NCBI GenBank assembly: GCA_002633005.1
Contig: NMRA01000081.1
Coordinates: 3,625 to 67,624 of the forward strand
Direction: 5' to 3'
Length of the DNA stretch: 64,000 nucleotides
Source of the DNA: Phoronis australis
Taxonomy: Eukaryota > Animalia > Phoronida
Shown: piece by piece, positions 13,401 to 25,132 of the stretch
Layout: each line of letters opens with the position of its first letter
How positions within the stretch are numbered: position 1 is the stretch's first letter
Program-made: the position numbers and the translations under genes
The notes under the pieces: generated by a model
The model's database searches: none
Seen by the model: only the letters and a program-made list of their open reading frames with translations
What the model was told of the DNA's origin: nothing

Positions 13401-16400
13401 CACCAAATAACGACCGCAGTAAGCCTTTTCCAGCCTGAAAGTGAGACGTTTGTTAACTTAATGAGTCCCACACACAAAAACTACTAAGTCTGGGCATCCA
13501 GTACATTTCTTACACACTGATTCTCGCGAATACAAACATCAAAATGCATATATATATATATACATAAATTATATTTAATGCAATATTTGCATGTGTTGTG
13601 CCATCAATACAATCATTAACAACAGAATGTAGCTTTCAGCAGAATTACAGCAAATACTTACAGCAATATACATTCCACTCGGACCATTCAGGTTGTCTAT
13701 CCAACCCTAGAAGTAAAATACATAAAAGTTCAACGCAACTTAACAGTGTCTGCTGTTATGTAGTGAGTACTTGAAAGTGAACAGGCATGGTAAACCAATT
13801 AGCAAGAGTGGTCACAGTAATCAAAATATCACAGAATGAGAAAAATGTAATGAAACTGGGAATGTACTTTTGTACTTTGCATCTAGCCACCTTGGCTTGA
13901 ATAACTGTCATCCAAATTGTGTCTATGCCACATCTTTCACAGAGCAACGGGTGTTCAAACAGCTCAGAAAGATTTTGAATGAGACACCAGACTAAGCTAT
14001 CAAAGCAAAATCTAACCAACTCCATTAATATCACAAGGAAACACTTTCTGTCTTACAGGGAATGGTTCCTTCCACGTGGCACCGACAATAGAGGGCCTCA
14101 CAATAGCCAGAGGGAGGCCCTTGCCCTCAGTAATCAACAGGTGTTCAGCCAACTGTTTGGTGTAAGTGTAGGTGTTGGGTTTCTGGCCCAGAAGTTTGGG
14201 TGTAATCTGAGTGATCATATCATCATCCATCCACCTGACAAAAACAGTGAACATTCTCCGTTATCCAGCTTTAGAAATATTATCAAAAGACTTTTATAAA
14301 TATAGCAGAACTTAATTATATAGCAGAACTTAATTTTTTTCTCATAAAAGTAATTTGATTAGTAACTATTTTTCTTACAAAGTCATTTACTTTTTCGAGA
14401 GCATGTTTTTCCATGTAAATAAATTTGTTTTCTCATAAACAACTACTTGTACTCAGTTACAGTATACTAACAGTTTTGATAGATGGCACCAAGCAGTGAT
14501 ACGTCCTGCCACGGAGCAAAAGAAGGGTGGTTCATCAAAAAGGAAATACGTTCTGTGGAAAGACTGCCGTGTGTGAGAAAGGAAATACAGATCGGGAGAA
14601 AAGAAATGTGTTCAAGATCCAACAACGTTGGTTGTGATGATCGCTAATTATTTAATAAACGAGCAAGTTAATTATAAAAAAATGGACTGTCTGGTACACG
14701 TTGTACCAAACGTGTGCAGGCCGCTCTGGTGGGCCCAATGCGCTGATCACCTGAAAGCATCTTAAGCTTTGTGATATAATTAAAACTGAGCTGAGGAGCT
14801 GGAGATCTGACTAAAGGGTCTAGCAGTGTGCCCCAGTGGGACTCGAACCCACAACCTTGAGCAAAGGAAACGGACACGTATCCCACTAGGCCACAATGCG
14901 TTCCCTCGATGAGTAAAAGTTAGCTACTCACCATGTTTATTTTTTAATGAGGACAAATTCATGCACAATAATTGTTCATTTATTTGGCACACAAGCAATT
15001 GTCAACATTGCTGTTTCTCCATACTTTAAAGGCAAATAATGGAAAATATACCGAAAGTTGTTTATGAAGTAAGTACACAGTACGACTCAATAGAGTAAAA
15101 TGTTCTTAACCTATATTTTTGTGGAGAAACTTGACAAAATGGAATTTCACGTGTCAGCCACATTGTGAATAATCATGGTATTACTTTTAAGTCACTGTCG
15201 ACTTCATTAGAAGACTAACAACGTACTAACTACAGCGACAGAAGCAGCAAGACCAATAAACTACAAAACAGAAAATTAATGCGATACTCACTCTAAAGAA
15301 TCAATCAACTTCTGAGGATCAACTGGCACTGGATATATTGCTTCTTCAATGAACGTACGATCACAATTTGCATAAGCCGTAGAGACATGAACAAACACCT
15401 GGCGAGTTAGAAGAGCAAAATGGAGTCAATCCGTAGCTCACAATAAAGATACACTTAGTGCTTAAAAATATAACATTAGTGAGCTCCCAAAGTCTACAAA
15501 AATGCACAGAAAACTTAGCCAAGTCCCACTTGGGAATACTTTAAATGCAAATGGCTACAGAAGAAACTAAAAATATATTTACGACCATAATTGTAGCAAT
15601 AAAGACAGGTAATGGCATAAAAGCAGAAAGAACAGCCTGTTGAAAAGTATACAGAATTGGAGAAAATCTTAAAAAATTGGAGTTTTCTTACACATTTACT
15701 TCAGCACTTAGTTAATATATACTAATGAAGGAAAAAGGCGTGTACTTACACTGCAGGAAGTACAGTTTTCTAACATACTGAAGAACATTTAACTGTGAAA
15801 TTAAGTGTGATAAAGGGTACCTGCAGATGTGAGAATGTTTTCGCCAACTTCACCAACTTACGAACTCCCAGAACATTCATCTCCACAGCCATCCTAGAAA
15901 GCAAGCATTCTAACCTAGAGCTGCTTGAAATGATTACTAACATGAAGTGACTTCTACAGAGCGTACACCTAGTACATGTACTGGTGGTTTTGCTTTGGAT
16001 GACCGATATCCCACAATCCCTTGAGCGTATGACATCTCATATGTTATTCATAAAAAAGTCGTGTCTACGGCATAAATGAGCACCAAATGATTAGTAGTGC
16101 ACAATGCTAACATACAAATATTTGAATCAAGTCTTTAACGTTTTTGGAAGACTATGAAGAATGTACAATATACTTTCTCAAAACGCACGCACGCACGCAC
16201 GCACGTACACACACACACACACACACACTGACCTCAAATGCTCATCAAAGCGTAACGTGGCCGCAGAGTGAAAGATACAGTTGACAGTTGCTGCCAGCAT
16301 CTCTGCATCCTGTTGGCTGATCCCCAGTTCAGGTTCCATAATATCCCCTGCAATGGCCACCAATTTCTCAGCAAAGTTGGGTTGATCTGCCCGTAACTTG

Positions 16401-16597
16401 TCAAATAATTTACAATCTACCATGGCTGGCAGTCTATCGTGCGCACTCTGCCCTTTCTTTGGCCGCAACAGAAGGTAGATTTTGTTGATACCTGGGCAGC
16501 ACCTAAGCAGTTTTTCAATGAACACTTTGCCAATAAAACCACTCCCTCCAGTGATGAATATACTCTTTCCATCGTAATACTCCGCTATTGACATCAT
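7411..16597 (-). CDS. FAR1: Fatty acyl-CoA reductase (FAR1-like), 10 coding exons, 518 aa
   Basis: Exons 16597-16233, 15893-15821, 15398-15292, 14234-14057, 13706-13662, 13434-13248, 11108-11024, 10299-10080, 8871-8744 and 7579-7411 are all GT-AG and phase-consistent (1557 nt). The protein has the Rossmann motif [21 protein letters not shown], catalytic PNTYTYTK (YxxxK), GWIDNLNGP, the Sterile/FAR_C segment [18 protein letters not shown] and a C-terminal hydrophobic anchor. Confidence 0.95.
12125..12380. repeat. Interspersed repeat, diverged partner of ~17790-18040
   Basis: Both copies share GACAACTTG.AAATGTGAA...CACTAATGAC...CATCATGCAG...TCACGATAC.TACTGGACA...TGGCAATTTT. Confidence 0.75.
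14660..14900 (-). mobile_element. tRNA-derived SINE in a FAR intron
   Basis: Minus-strand Pol III box A TGGCCTAGTGG (14883-14893) and box B GGTTCGAGTCC (14839-14849), followed by a non-tRNA body. No convincing cloverleaf. Confidence 0.65.
16183..16228. repeat. (GCAC)n(CA)n microsatellite just after the donor of the first FAR coding exon
   Basis: Directly visible; it accounts for the VCVCVC tail of ORF 16178-16597. Confidence 0.95.
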
Positions 16598-19126
16598 GGT
16601 GAAGGTAAGGTCTGTATTCAGGTACTGGCTACGAAACGGAAATCCTTAATATCCTGGAAAAGAATCAAAATAAAAATTTAATTCTAACATGGTCATTTTG
16701 TTCCGTGTAAGCAACCAAATACACTCCAAACGATGCACTCAGAAAATGCATGCTTATATCAGAACTGAAAAGAAACTAAGTAGTATGATCATAAAAAGGT
16801 GCAGTTCAGTGAAGGGGCACTTATTGTTTTCAGAACTCTATAATTCAACGATTTGTTTGAAATGAACAAGACTGCATATAGAAGGCAGCCCCAGCATGCA
16901 GACAGCAATCAGGCATGACTTTGAACTGTCTCAGATAAAACTTACAGGTCAGTAACCAAGCGATCAGTGGAAATTAACCAATAGCAGGACAAAGTAAACG
17001 TAGTCCTCTTCCCAGGGTGACATGCTGGTAGATAACAAACCATGCAATTGTACAGATCTATATGCCCTGATATCAAAAATGACAAGTCAACCACAGTACA
17101 CACTATCAGACTAATCCATTTAAACAAGTAGAGAATGAAAAATCCCAAGGCCAGGGTGACACAATAGTTCCCCCCAGGCATCACGTCGCAGAAGGGGTGC
17201 AGACAGAATCTCAAAACTCAAAAGTTTACATGAGCAGAGGAAGGCTTTCTTCAGTGAGGGGGTGCAAGAAATGTGCGGATCAAATTGCAATCAATGCGAT
17301 AATTTCTTTTAAATTTATTAAAAATGTTAATTATCAAAACCTTAATTGTTCGGTTTCAGCTCTGCACGAGTGTTTATTCCAAACATGACTGAGGCTTACT
17401 GAAAGCTCAATGCTGAACCATTACAGTACCTGTTCACCCAACCACCTTTGATGAGAACGAAAATAATAGCAGAAAGGTGTCATAACGACAGCTTTTCTCC
17501 TTCATAAATATGCCATCTGGTAACACTGCTTCAAAAAACATCTTGCAAACCAGACAAACTACCCAGAGCATCTTTGACCTCCGCCACAAGCAGTCATATG
17601 TCTATGTACCTACTTCATGTCACAGTTGAGGATGTCATGAATATAGATCAAGGAAGCCAAAAACTTTTTTTCAAGATGGCCGCATGTTTGCGTGCTAATA
17701 AAGACACAGTCCTTAAAGATGTATTTGCATACTACTAGTAATGTAGAGCAGGAACTAAACCACAATGCAATTTTAGCATAATCTGCGCAAAACAAAGTGC
17801 AGTAGTATTCACTGACAACTTGTAAATGTGAAACAAATTCTGCAAATAAGTGACCTTTACACTAATGACGTAGCTCGTAGGCTCACATAGCCAGCATCAT
17901 GCAGTTTCATTCTCCAACACCACGTCACGATACCTACTGGACACGGTTCAGTGATTAGCGACGGATAATTTTCACCACAAAACTCGTTCTTAACAACATT
18001 TGGCAATTTTCAACCAACTTCACATTCACATCGTTCAGTACTTGACGTTGTGATTGTGTTGGTGTGTGTTTTTAAACAACCGTATTACTCATCCCCACTT
18101 ATACACATACAGGTTCCCCGTCAGTGTTGCCGCCTCTCGGCATTGCTGGTGATGTCGTGGCATGACGGTTGACCTCCCTATACATTTCTGTTGGACCTCA
18201 AGCACACTGTCTGTAATGGCGTATTTCGTTGACGGAACGAAGGACCATTCGACTACATGTGGACAGCAGGAGTGCCACTTGTTCGAATTATAAGATTCCA
18301 ATATACTCCATAGTAAACTTTCGAAAGTTTAGCAAGGGTTAGGGGTAACTTGCAGAAAATCTTCCAGCATACAGCCTCGATAAAAAATTTGTCGTCGACA
18401 TCGTCATCATTTAATATTGAGGAAAAACCCCGTAGTCTGAATATATACAAGACAGTTAGATTAGAAATCAGTATTGTGTTTATCATTGAGTAATCATTGC
18501 AGTTTGTCTCCTTTACCTCCAAATGCTGGTACTAGAGCATGCTAGGTATATGGAGCGGCAGAACATTACACGCCACACCGCACATGGCCAGTATATTTTT
18601 TATTCCCGTTCATTGGCAGTCACATAATGAAATATCAAATGAATCTTTAAACAAAGTACCAAAGGTATCTGTAAATAATCAGTATATATTGGTTTTGATG
18701 CATAGCTGAGTGTCCAGAACTGACAGATTAGCAAGGCCCATTAGTTTACTAAGACATAAGAACGAATTCGCTCTCGCCGCTTGGCAACCGCGCCCACTAC
18801 AGCAGTTGACCTTGTTGAAAGCCGGGTGGGCTGTGGGCTTTTATTCCATCCACGATTCAAGAGTCTCCAGACGCTGCATACTTTTTCAAAACTATTCTTA
18901 ACACCACGGAGTTTAAACTAGCACCTAAGCCCCACTGGCATGGCATGTACTCGGGGGAAACGCAGTAACAGTTACTTGAACCAAATCCACAGGGATTGGC
19001 GAACACCCGGCGAATACCAGACTGAAGTTGACTGGCATTTTGTTAAACTCAAAATACAATTAGCATGTTTAACGACAACATTAGAGACAAAGTGAAGATG
19101 AAGAGTAGGTTTAATGACAATCTTAC

Positions 19127-19290
19127 CGGGTGATACTTGTCCAAAAGCTGTCGTTTTAAGCGCTGTCCATAACGTTGACGTTGCTACTTCCCCGCTTGAC
19201 CCGTTTCGAAGTTAATTTTTATATATCACAAAAGATGGCGCAAACACGAGTATCACGTGAACAAATCAATATGATTGGTTCATATTGCAT
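19127..19290 (-). promoter_or_regulatory. Probable non-coding first exon and promoter of FAR
   Basis: Donor CCG|gtaaga at 19127/19126. Minus-strand TATATAAAAA at ~19216-19225, YY1-like AAGATGGCG at 19232-19240, palindromic E-box TCACGTGA at 19253-19260 and CCAAT at ~19274-19278. The first coding exon has an acceptor (16653) upstream of the ATG, implying a 5'-UTR exon. Confidence 0.55.
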
Positions 19291-20214
19291 CAAGCGATAT
19301 CGTCGTGAGACTCCGGAAAATGATTCGGTTGGTTGATTGAATGTCTCAGCGCTAGATGTCGCAGCAGTCAACCGCAATCACCCGTGCCCGATACAGTGCA
19401 CCTTCAAGCCCGGCGGCAGAATCCACGGCACTAAATCAGCTGCGTCGTGTTATTTGTGTTGTTGTGAAACACGAATTGTCCTTTCTTTTACTGTTTGAGA
19501 ATCATTACTATACCAATTTTTGGGTTTGACACAAATCGAGAGTGAACTCTTCTTTCTCAAGGCGGTATACTGACCTCAGTACTCAGTGAGCTGACTGAGG
19601 GCCGGGTTTCAAGTATTAAGTCCTTAATTACTTAATTAAGGGCTCAGTTATTAGAAAATGACTGCAGTCAAAGAGGACCTCATAATAAAGATAAAATGGT
19701 TGAAAATTATAACCTCTGTGAGTACAGAACGGAACAGGCAAATACCGTACGCAAAAAATACCAACCGGGGAACTCACTCGGACAGCCGGCCACAAGGCCA
19801 TGAGTCATTACTGTTCATGCCAATTAATTCTTCTTCTTCTTCCTATAGACCTAATTCACGCGGCGGACATTAAAATCCAAAGCGAGGCTCACTGCGATAA
19901 ACAAAGCGGAAGTTGACATTGCGTGAGTTCAGTAACTTTAATTTTACTGAAAAATTTGGCCGTTCTTTCGAGTCCAACCCGCTGGCCAATCTTAAAAATG
20001 TGTCGATAATTAACCACAGAGACGTAGAAAAGTACATTAGAGAACAAGTCAGTGCACCAAAGAGTTAATGTCTGACGAACGGGTATAAGTTTTTTTTTTG
20101 GAAAACTAGGTGTTCGAAACATTAAAAGTAAATATGACCAAGCGGCGATCGTAGTGTTACGGATTACATTACAGCGTTCTGTCGTTCATTAACTTTTCCA
20201 GACGTGAGAGGTGC

Positions 20215-22170
20215 TGAACGTGCGATAACATCTGGCTCTTTTGTTAACTGCCCAGCTCAGTCTTTTGTCCCGTATGATAACAAGCAAGCCAATTATCTCC
20301 CAGGTTTCAAAGGAAACGTATGGTGGTTGCACGCTATTCAAGTACCGAACGCGTTTGAACACAGTCAAACCCAGTGTGTTGGTGTCCGTTTGGACAGAAT
20401 AGATTGTCTTAACTTCTGTTGTAGTTGGGCTATTTTGGTAATTCAAAAACGGAACATGATCAGCATTTGACGAGCAATATTCAGAAAAGCTATTGGTTTA
20501 AGCTCAAATATGTTATAACATTACTCTCATTTTTATCAGCCCAACCCAGTCAGGCAAGATATAGATTAGAGCAATTATCGAACAAAATAGCGCAGGCCCT
20601 CCAACCATAAATGCCAGAATGGAGTTAATCAGTCGCGTAAGATATTGGCTACGGGGATAAACTTCCCAACTTTTAAGTTGTTCAGGGCTATAGAATCGAA
20701 CAAGTTGGGAGCAACGGGATGTCGCCGTCATGTAGGTATATGGTGAATGCAGGGTTACGTTTCTTCTTGTAAATTGTTGATAATGCTTTCTACATTAAAT
20801 AGGTCATCTGTTCGTTTTGTTGACGAGTTGAAGATATGTTCGACAGTGGTGGTTCATCACATTTTGCTGTGATGTGCAATTAGCCACATCAGGTTTAATT
20901 TGTTGATCAAGCATAGCTTAGGTCCTGGTGACGGAGGTACGGAACTAACAGTTGATTTGTCATTGATCTGAAAAAGTAATTGATGTTATGAAATATATTT
21001 TTATTAAAATGAATAACCAGGCTCGTAATTGAAAATAAAAATTATTTGACCATCAATTCTGCTTTCTTGGTTTTAGTAGTTCTTACGTCTATTTCATGTG
21101 TTAGGTTTCAAATATTTATCTGGACCAAGTTGAATTTTAAAATTAAAACACCAAGGCCTAATTCGTTCGTCCAAACCATGCATAACCTCGTTTTAGAGCT
21201 CAATTTCAGTTAACTGGACAGAGCAAGCATTTCTTCAGGAGCCTCGTTCATCCAAGGCCGATGAAAGGTGCCTGTGCCTTCTGAGAGGGGATTTTTTTCG
21301 CCGAGTGAGGCGAAAATCTACATCCCGATCACCATCAATAGCACCCCCACCCTGTTGCAAGTTCTCAAGTAGCATTTTGTGCTCTTTCAAATTGTCACAT
21401 GTGTGGTTAGGTGATTTGAACTTCGAAGAGAAATTTTCAATCACTGGGGTAATTTTTAGGCCTCCGGAGGGGGGGGTTTCGCGTAATTTTTCAAAATTTT
21501 TGAGAGGGAAATAGGGCCGATGTTCGGCCCCAAAATCGTCACTTTTGGAAAGAAAAATGCATCATGTTTCATCCCGTAGTCATGAAAACATAACCTGGCT
21601 GGCCGAAGATTCTCCGGCTGTTGTGCTCGGCAACCGACACTACAGCCGCTTTTCCCGTTCAGCGACTTTATCAGGCGCCGAGGGTATTCTGAACGTGTGA
21701 TAACATCTAGGTTCTTTGTTAATTGCCAATCACACTCTTTTGTCTGGTATGACAACAAGCATGCCAATTATTACAGACCACGTGTTAACACAGTCAAACG
21801 CCGGCAGAGCAAATTGGTAGCCTACATTCGGAAAGAATTATTGTCGTAACTTTGGTTGCAGTTGGGCGATTTCGGCGACTCAAAAACTAAACATGATCAC
21901 CATTTGGCGAAGATTTCAGAAATGCTATTGGAGTCAAGTATGTTATAACTTAACTTTTATTTTTAACATCGCAGCCAAGTCAGGGTATAGATACGATCTT
22001 ATTGGAGATTAGAGCAATTATCGAACAAAAGAGAGCTGGTCCTCCAACCATAAATGCCAGAATGGAGTTAATCAGTCGTGTAAGATATTGGTTACAGGGG
22101 TAAACTTCCCAACTTGTTGTTTGGCTATAGAATCGAACAAGTTGCGAGCAACAGGAAGACGCCGTAATGA
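20215..22170. repeat. Diverged ~500-bp direct repeat pair (20215-20732 and 21688-22170)
   Basis: Shared blocks include TGAACGTG.GATAACATCT and AGATTAGAGCAATTATCGAACAAAA...CCTCCAACCATAAATGCCAGAATGGAGTTAATCAGTCG. Confidence 0.85.
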
Positions 22171-23078
22171 CAAGTAACTGAAGACTACTAAGAAGTGCAA
22201 GAGCTCGAAAAAGATATAGAACTAGAAATTAAAATTTCGATTTAGCTGTTACAGTTGTGTACATTGCGAGATTGAGCAGCAGCGGTGCCGAAAGGCTTAT
22301 TAACACATCAATAGGGCCCAGCAAAACGTATGGACAAAGGCTTCTTAAATTTGTGGGCTGCGTCCCGTTGACCCGAAAAACCTGCAAAAGATCACGCAAG
22401 CCGACTTCTCGAGCCGATATCTTCATGCATCCCAAACAAAGCTAATGGATGACTAGCAATCAAGATTTAGCGGAGGTCAGGGCCGACAAATGCGCAAATA
22501 GTTAGGGGACATAATTGGATCTATTTCATAAAACCGGCCACAGGCGGGTGTTTCCGATGTCTGTGTAAAAGAATAAACAACGTTATGGATTTTTCAAATG
22601 TACTGAGGTCAAAATAAGCACCGAGTCATAAACTTCTCACCCAGTCGTACTTTTGGCGTTACATGATTTTCATAGAACGCTAATCCACTGAGATCAATCT
22701 AGTACTGCTGCCGGCGAATCTGTACAAAAATACTCTTTATCTTAAGCAATTACATACTTTAAGTAAAATCAAATAGTAAAATTTGAGAAGTGCCCTCCAT
22801 GCTTTTATCAGTGGTGCATATCTTCAATAACTTGCCACGATCATCCGGAAGATTCGGTGAAAGAACGATTCGTTGAACTTGAGAGGTCGCCAAAATCACC
22901 AATGCCTGTGTAGATAGCTACTATGTGCTTCAACGATGTTCAGACCGTGACATATCATTTATCGACACCAGTCATGTCTGAGAAGCAGTCACAAGTGTAA
23001 TCAATTCGTGTGTCGTAAACAGTTTGTTAAATGTAGTACGATACGGGTTCCAGTTGAAGATAATGTTTCTTAGGTTAA

Positions 23079-24048
23079 AGACGAAGGCAACCTTTTTCCA
23101 TGTCATTTTGAGCTAAAATAAGGTTGGTTGGTTATCCTAGACATATTTTCCACTTAAGTACAGCTTTTCGTAAATTTATTAATTACTTGTCCGCTACTGC
23201 GGAAGTGACGTTTTAGGAGGCAAGCATTTCGCGCCAATTTCTTTTCATATAGTCTGACTGTGAGAGCTGCCGAGTCAGTCATTGTTCTACCTCGGTTGTG
23301 TTATGTTCCGTCGTCGTTTGCTTTCATTTACTAGTCAGTCANGCCACTATATACAGTGACTGGAGGCACTTCATCTACTGATACCCGTGCCTCCGAACGT
23401 ACCCCATTGCGTGCAATTCCAGGAACTAGCAGTGATTCGCCCTGTGCTGTTGTCTCTAGCCCAGAGCCTGTAAGCAGCCCTGCAGCGATGTTGAGTAGTG
23501 GGAGTGAATACAGGCCGTTCGACACCCAGTGAAGAGGACAGGCCGTCATCCAATGAACAGATCGGCTAAGTTTGATAAGTTTATTGTGGACTTGTATTGG
23601 AGCTATTTGGAAGGTGCCAGGTGTGTGGCGCGGGAGTCACACGGCGGGATGTAAGCAGTTTGGGTGCTCAGATCACCCTCCAGTGGGAGTGTGTCGCGGG
23701 ACACTCGGGCAATTGGGACAGTTCTTCCACTGTACGTGAGACGATAATGAGTACACCCCAGACGTGAGTACGCAGCAACAGCGTGGCATGTTGACTGACT
23801 CGTAAGCAAAAGCAAACGACGACCGAACTTATCACAACCGAGGTAGAACAATGACGGACTCGACTGCTCTCACAGACTATATGAAAAGAAATTGGCGCGA
23901 AATTCTTGCCTCCCCAAAAGTCACTTCCGGAGTAGACGACGAGTAATTAATTATTACGAAAAGCAGTAAATAAGTGAAAAATATGTCTGGGATAATCAAC
24001 GAACCTTATTTTTGCTAAAAATGACATGAAAAAAGATTGCCTTCGCCT
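23079..24048. mobile_element. TTAA-flanked non-autonomous DNA transposon with long (~250 bp) imperfect inverted arms (Kolobok/T2-MITE-like)
   Basis: TTAA|AGACGAAGGCAACC... at 23075 and ...GATTGCCTTCGCCT|TTAA at 24049-24052. The segment 23080-23330 is the reverse complement of ~23800-24048. An N join lies at 23342. Confidence 0.65.
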
Positions 24049-24485
24049 TTAACCTCCAGTTGCGGATCTAGGATATCATGAAGGGGGCCAACATTTTGTC
24101 TGGGGCAATTGCGCAAAGTACGATTAGACGCGCGCACGCAGCCTGAAAGACAGGGAGGCTCGAGCGTCTGCCCTTCTACTGAAAAAACACGAAGGACTAA
24201 AAAAAACGAAAACGGTTGTACAGGAAGTAGGGGCCGGACGCTTACCATGAAGTGCGAGCCCCCCCTACCTCTCAGCCGCATATTAATTCTCGGGGTTACA
24301 TGTACTTGTTGAACTCATTATTTCCTTACGCTCTTGCTGTTTATTTTTTCCGCAGCCAAGGGGGCAGGCCCCCTGCCCCCCCCCCCCTAAATCCGCCTAT
24401 GACCTCTCTACGGTCTCCGTCAACACTGCGGTACTCTGCACGTCATCTGGCGGTAACCATCGGCTTTCACGTCAGCATCTTTCAG

Positions 24486-25132
24486 CTAAATCTCGTGTTT
24501 TTCGACTAACGACATTTCCGAAGATGTTACAGACGATGAAGCGTCTGAATCGGCCTCGTCTGACTGAGTGCTTATTGTATCATTTGACTTTCTTTTCTTC
24601 TTTTCTAGTGGTTTTTCACTGAAATTCAAATTCATGACCTGTAAAACATCGGCTCTGAAGGATAGCTAGGTTTTAGCAGCAGTTGGTATGTGGCAGAATT
24701 TAAAATTTGATGCTTTGTAATACTCGACGGTTTACTTATCGTGTCCATTTCTGTCACTGGGCTCACAATTTTATACAAAATTCTAAATCAGTGTTGTGAT
24801 AACGTGTCATTGCTGCTCCTGTTACGCTACATGTAACATCAATTATAGAGTTTGTTGCTTTGACAAATTAGAAATGAACTCCCCAAGCAGCCTGACGACA
24901 GGCGTGTTAGAAAGTAATCATGCCTACCTGGTATGTTTTGTGTTCATGGGAAATATCCTGTTGATGAGACAGCACCCAGCCACGAAGCATGACACGAGAG
25001 TTACACTCGTCACCACAGCAGCTACGATCACATGTTCATAACTTGGAGGAGGCTCTTCCGCTGGGGGTGTCGGTGCTGGTGGTGGTGGCACCGTTATTGG
25101 AAGCCGAGTGGTGCTGATCCGAGGAGGTATCT
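24486..25132 (-). CDS. Pro-rich stalk + transmembrane exon (25132-24928) and cytoplasmic-tail exon (24618-24486)
   Basis: [15 protein letters not shown], then hydrophobic [24 protein letters not shown] phase-2 junction leads to [43 protein letters not shown]. Confidence 0.75.

Noticed and set aside
14830-14900. tRNA gene
   Set aside because: A and B boxes are present, but no convincing acceptor or anticodon stems; called as a SINE head instead.
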